DNA from: Azolla caroliniana
Taxonomy: Eukaryota; Plantae; Polypodiophyta
Direction: 5' to 3'
DNA: 10,986 nt
Assembly: GCA_043228905.1 (NCBI GenBank)
Contig: JBHGNT010001203.1
Location: 1-10,986, forward strand
The notes beneath the pieces were generated by a model, which saw only the letters and a program-made list of their open reading frames with translations, had not been told where the DNA came from and searched no databases. How positions within the stretch are numbered: the stretch's first letter is position 1; each line of letters opens with the position of its first letter. Shown here one piece after another: positions 7,815-10,986 of this stretch. The position numbers and the translations under genes were made by a program.

Positions 7815-8975
7815 ATGGCCATTGTTAGCGCTGAAGAATATCAATCTGTTTTCTCGGAATTTCAATGCTTGAAGGAGAAGTTCCATGCTTTGGAACAAGA
7901 AAACCAACGGTTGCTGGGGGATCTTCAGCAAATCTCCTTAGAAAAGCAGCAAATGCAACAACAACATGGGGAACTTGCATTACGCGTGTAACAACTCGAA
8001 GCAACCATCGTAGCGATGCAACAACAAGGGCCCGGAACACAAGGGATTCATGAAGAACCCAAGATTGGCCTTCCCACGAAGTTCGATGGAACGCGATCGC
8101 AGTTTAGAGGGTTCCTTAACCAGGTACGATTAGTTATTCAAATGCATCCTTCCCGATATCCCACCGATGCATCACGAGTGGGTTTAGTAGGCACTTTGTT
8201 AAGTGGCTCAGTGTTGTCATGGTTCGCTCCACTATTAGAAAAGGAATCTTCGTTACTCAACAATTTTGGAGAGTTTCTAGGTGAGTTTAAAGCATGTTTC
8301 GGAGATACTGACAGCATCAGGACCGCAATCAACAAAATCCGGCGATTACGCAAAGGTGACCGTCCAGCCTCCGCATACGCTGCAGATTTTTGCCTACTCG
8401 CCGCCGATATCCCTTGGGATGATCAAGCGTTGATGGAGCAATTCCGTTATGGTTTACGCAACGACGTCAAGGATTTACTATTGACCTTCCCCGAAGAGCC
8501 AAAGTCCTTAACAGAAGCGATCAGTCGCGCGGTGAGATGTGACAACCGCCTCTTTGAGCGACGTTCAGAACGACAGCTACAGATGCCGAGGGCAAGATTA
8601 GAGCCCACCTACGCCTCAGTGGTAGCAAGACCTTTTCCGAGGGAGTCATATAATGTGCCTCCAGCGAATACTCCGACTCCGATGGAGATTGACACTACAC
8701 GTCGTCGAGGGCCATTATCTGAAGAAGAAAAGCAGCGACGCCGTACAAATCGACTATGTCTTTACTGCGGTGGACCAGGACATATCGCAATAAATTGCCC
8801 CAATAGGCCAAGAAGACAGGTAAACCAAATAGTCGCTAGTTCTAATTGTACTAAATCCGAGCCTATTTCAGTAGGGATATCTGATAGTCCTAATAGTACT
8901 AATAGTACTAATATCCCAGATCTAGCAAACAAATTTGATGTCCTTAGTCAGTTAGAAGAAGAGTTAAACGACTAA
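7815..8975 (+). pseudogene. gag: Element C gag (386 codons, one premature TAA at 7989-7991)
   Basis: ATG 7815 is in frame with ORF 8016..8975. It encodes a Q/E-rich coiled-coil-like N-terminus, capsid motifs PTKFDG..FLNQ..LSGSVLSWF and LRKG..ASAYAADF, PMEID, and the zinc knuckle CLYCGGPGHIAINC (8757-8798). This is sushi/PEG10-like architecture. Confidence 0.93.
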
Positions 8976-9014
8976 GTCCAGCCAAAATAGGAGCCGTTTG
9001 GTTGGACAGCCCTA
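8963..9014 (+). other. Putative -1 programmed ribosomal frameshift signal
   Basis: G_TTA_AAC (8963-8969), a 6-nt spacer, then an 11-bp stem 8976-8986/8997-9007. Pol is in the -1 frame and is open only from 8948. Confidence 0.75.
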
Positions 9015-10986
9015 GATCTGTGCAGCCCATTAGTGGTTCCATTCCCTCTAAGCAAGTTAGTGATGTGTTCGTAGCCCAAGTAATAGTTAGTACTAAAAGT
9101 ACCCCTCCAGTACATGTCCTAGCACTCCTAGATTCCGGAGCTAACTCTTGCTTTATGGATAAGAAATTTGCTCAAGCTCATAAGATATCCCTAAGAAAAC
9201 TCCAGTGTCCAGCCTTTGTAGTAGTCATTGATGGACGTCCCATTGCTTCCGGAAATATCATAGAAGAGTCAGAGCCCATTAATATTGTCCTAGATAACTT
9301 AGCATGTGTAGTATCATTTAATATTATTAGTATCCCAGAACATCCTATAGTTTTAGGATTACCGTGGTTCAAGTTACATAACCCAGACATAGATTGGAGA
9401 ATAAGAGAAATCCGGTGTCGACAAACCCAAGGGTCAACTCAAAAGATGGCAACCATTTCGCTACGTCAGTTGCGTAAAGAAGGGCGCAAGGAGGAAATGT
9501 TCCTCTTTGCAATATCAATAAACCCCTCCAGCACCACTAAAGAAGAATCCACCGTTCAACTTCCCGAGAAGTATCGTCATTACGCTGATGTGTTCGATAA
9601 AGTACAAGCCAACACACTTCCTCATCATCGACCGTACGATTGCCCCATCGATTTACAACCGGGAAAAGAGCTGCCATGGGGACCGATCTACAATTTGTCA
9701 CCAACCGAGCTTGAAGTCCTTCGGGCCTATATAGAGGAGAATTTGGAAAATGGTTTCATTCGGCATTCGAAATCTCCAGCCGGCGTGCCCATTTTCTTCG
9801 TCAAAAAAAAAAATGGATCGCTTCGTCTCGTTGTAGATTACCGTGGCTTGAATAAGGTTACAATCAGGAATAGGTATGCTCTTCCCCTTATCTCAAGTCT
9901 TTTAGAACGGATCAATGGTGCCAGGTTCTTCACGAAGATCGATTTACAGGGAGCATATAACCTTGTACGGATCCGACCAGGAGACGAATGGAAGACCGCG
10001 TTTCGCACCAGATATGGGCACTTCGAGTATACGGTCATGCCGTTCGGCCTCACTAATGCGCCGACAGTCTTCCAGCACATGGCTAATGATATATTCCGAG
10101 ATCTATTGGATGATTGTTTGATCATCAATTTGGATGATCTACTGGTTTATTCAAAGACCCAAGAAGAACATGATTCTCATGTACTATTAGTACTAAAACG
10201 ACTTCGAGAACATGGTCTGTATGCAAAGCTAGAAAAATGTAGTTTCGGGTGCAACCAAGTGGAATTTCTCGGCTACATCATTTCGTCAGAAGGCATCTCC
10301 ATGGACCCAGCTAAGGTCAAAACGGTGGTAGAATGGCAGACTCCGCGTTCGGTGCGGGATGTGCAATGCTTCTTAGGCTTTGCCAATTTTTACCGGAAGT
10401 TCATACAAGATTACTCAAAGATCGTTCTACCTCTCACACAACTTACCAGGAAGGGACAACCGTTCATCTGGTCTGAAGAAACGGACATGGCTTTCGAGAG
10501 TCTTAAAAAGGCATTTACATCGGCTCCAATTCTAGCTCATGTCGATCCGGAAAAACCATTCATTATCGAAGCTGACACATCGGATTTTGCATTGGGGAGC
10601 ATTCTATCACAACAGGGGAATGATGAGAAGCTACATCCTGTGGCTTTTCACTCACGCAAGTTTGACGCCGCCGAAATCAACTACGAAATTCATGATAAGG
10701 AGCTATTGGCAATAGTGGATTCTTTTATGCAATGGAGGCATTTTCTGGAGGGATCCTCTCATCCAGTCACCGTATTTAGTGACCACAAGAATCTTGCCTA
10801 CTTTCAGGATGCTCGTGTGTTGAATTGACGTCAAGCTCGGTGGGCCCACTTCCTCACGCGTTTCGACTTCAAAATTACATATCGTCCGGGGAGGCACCAA
10901 GGGAAGGCAGATGCATTATCACGACGTTCGTATCTAGCACCCCGTCCCGGCGAGCCAACTTTCGATAACCAAAAACAAGTCATCTT
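8966..10986 (+). pseudogene. pol: Element C pol (protease, RT, RNase H; continues beyond the window), inactivated
   Basis: ALLDSGANSCF (DSG 9131-9139); RT motifs with YLDD changed to NLDD (10127-10138); RNase H motifs EADTSD, HDKELLAIV and SDHKNL. A premature TGA is at 10826-10828, where A has CGA, and the frame continues [28 protein letters not shown]. Confidence 0.95.

Larger units (their letters stand above)
7305..10986 (+). mobile_element. Element C: Ty3/Gypsy retrotransposon of A's chromovirus family (5' LTR, gag, pol; runs off the window), nested in element B RT
   Basis: LTR, leader, gag and pol are in canonical order and interrupt B's RT frame exactly at 7304/7305. Candidate left TSD is ACTTC (7300-7304). 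Confidence 0.96.

Noticed and set aside
8016-8975. Domesticated PEG10/RTL-like host gene, or gag starting at 8016
   Set aside because: It lies inside an LTR element, and the upstream in-frame ATG at 7815 is separated only by one premature TAA.
9002-10828. Intact 608-aa pol gene
   Set aside because: The start is a TTG inside the frameshift stem, the end is a CGA-to-TGA nonsense change with the frame continuing, and the RT YxDD motif is mutated.

Overview
This is eukaryotic land-plant DNA: it carries a plant-type rhamnogalacturonan lyase fragment, and a bryophyte such as a moss is plausible but only inferred. Most of the window is a three-level nest of Ty3/Gypsy LTR retrotransposons. Element A (+, ~1111-4417) is a 5'-truncated, heavily decayed chromovirus pol (PR-RT-RH-IN-chromodomain). 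Element B (-, 4418-7304) is an unrelated GC-rich Gypsy without a chromodomain, inserted into A's chromodomain; its 652-bp 3' LTR, PPT, integrase, RNase H and RT end are visible. Element C (+, 7305 to window end) is a younger copy of A's family inserted into B's RT; its 436-bp 5' LTR, gag and pol are visible. The most interesting signals are cis-elements in C: an antisense tRNA-like Pol III A/B-box module at the LTR edge, a 10-unit heat-shock element array abutting the TATA box, a Tf1-type self-priming PBS with a second PBS copy in U3, a G_UUA_AAC -1 frameshift site with a stem or pseudoknot at the gag/pol junction, and a recurrent TAGTACTAA motif. No intact protein-coding gene is present.
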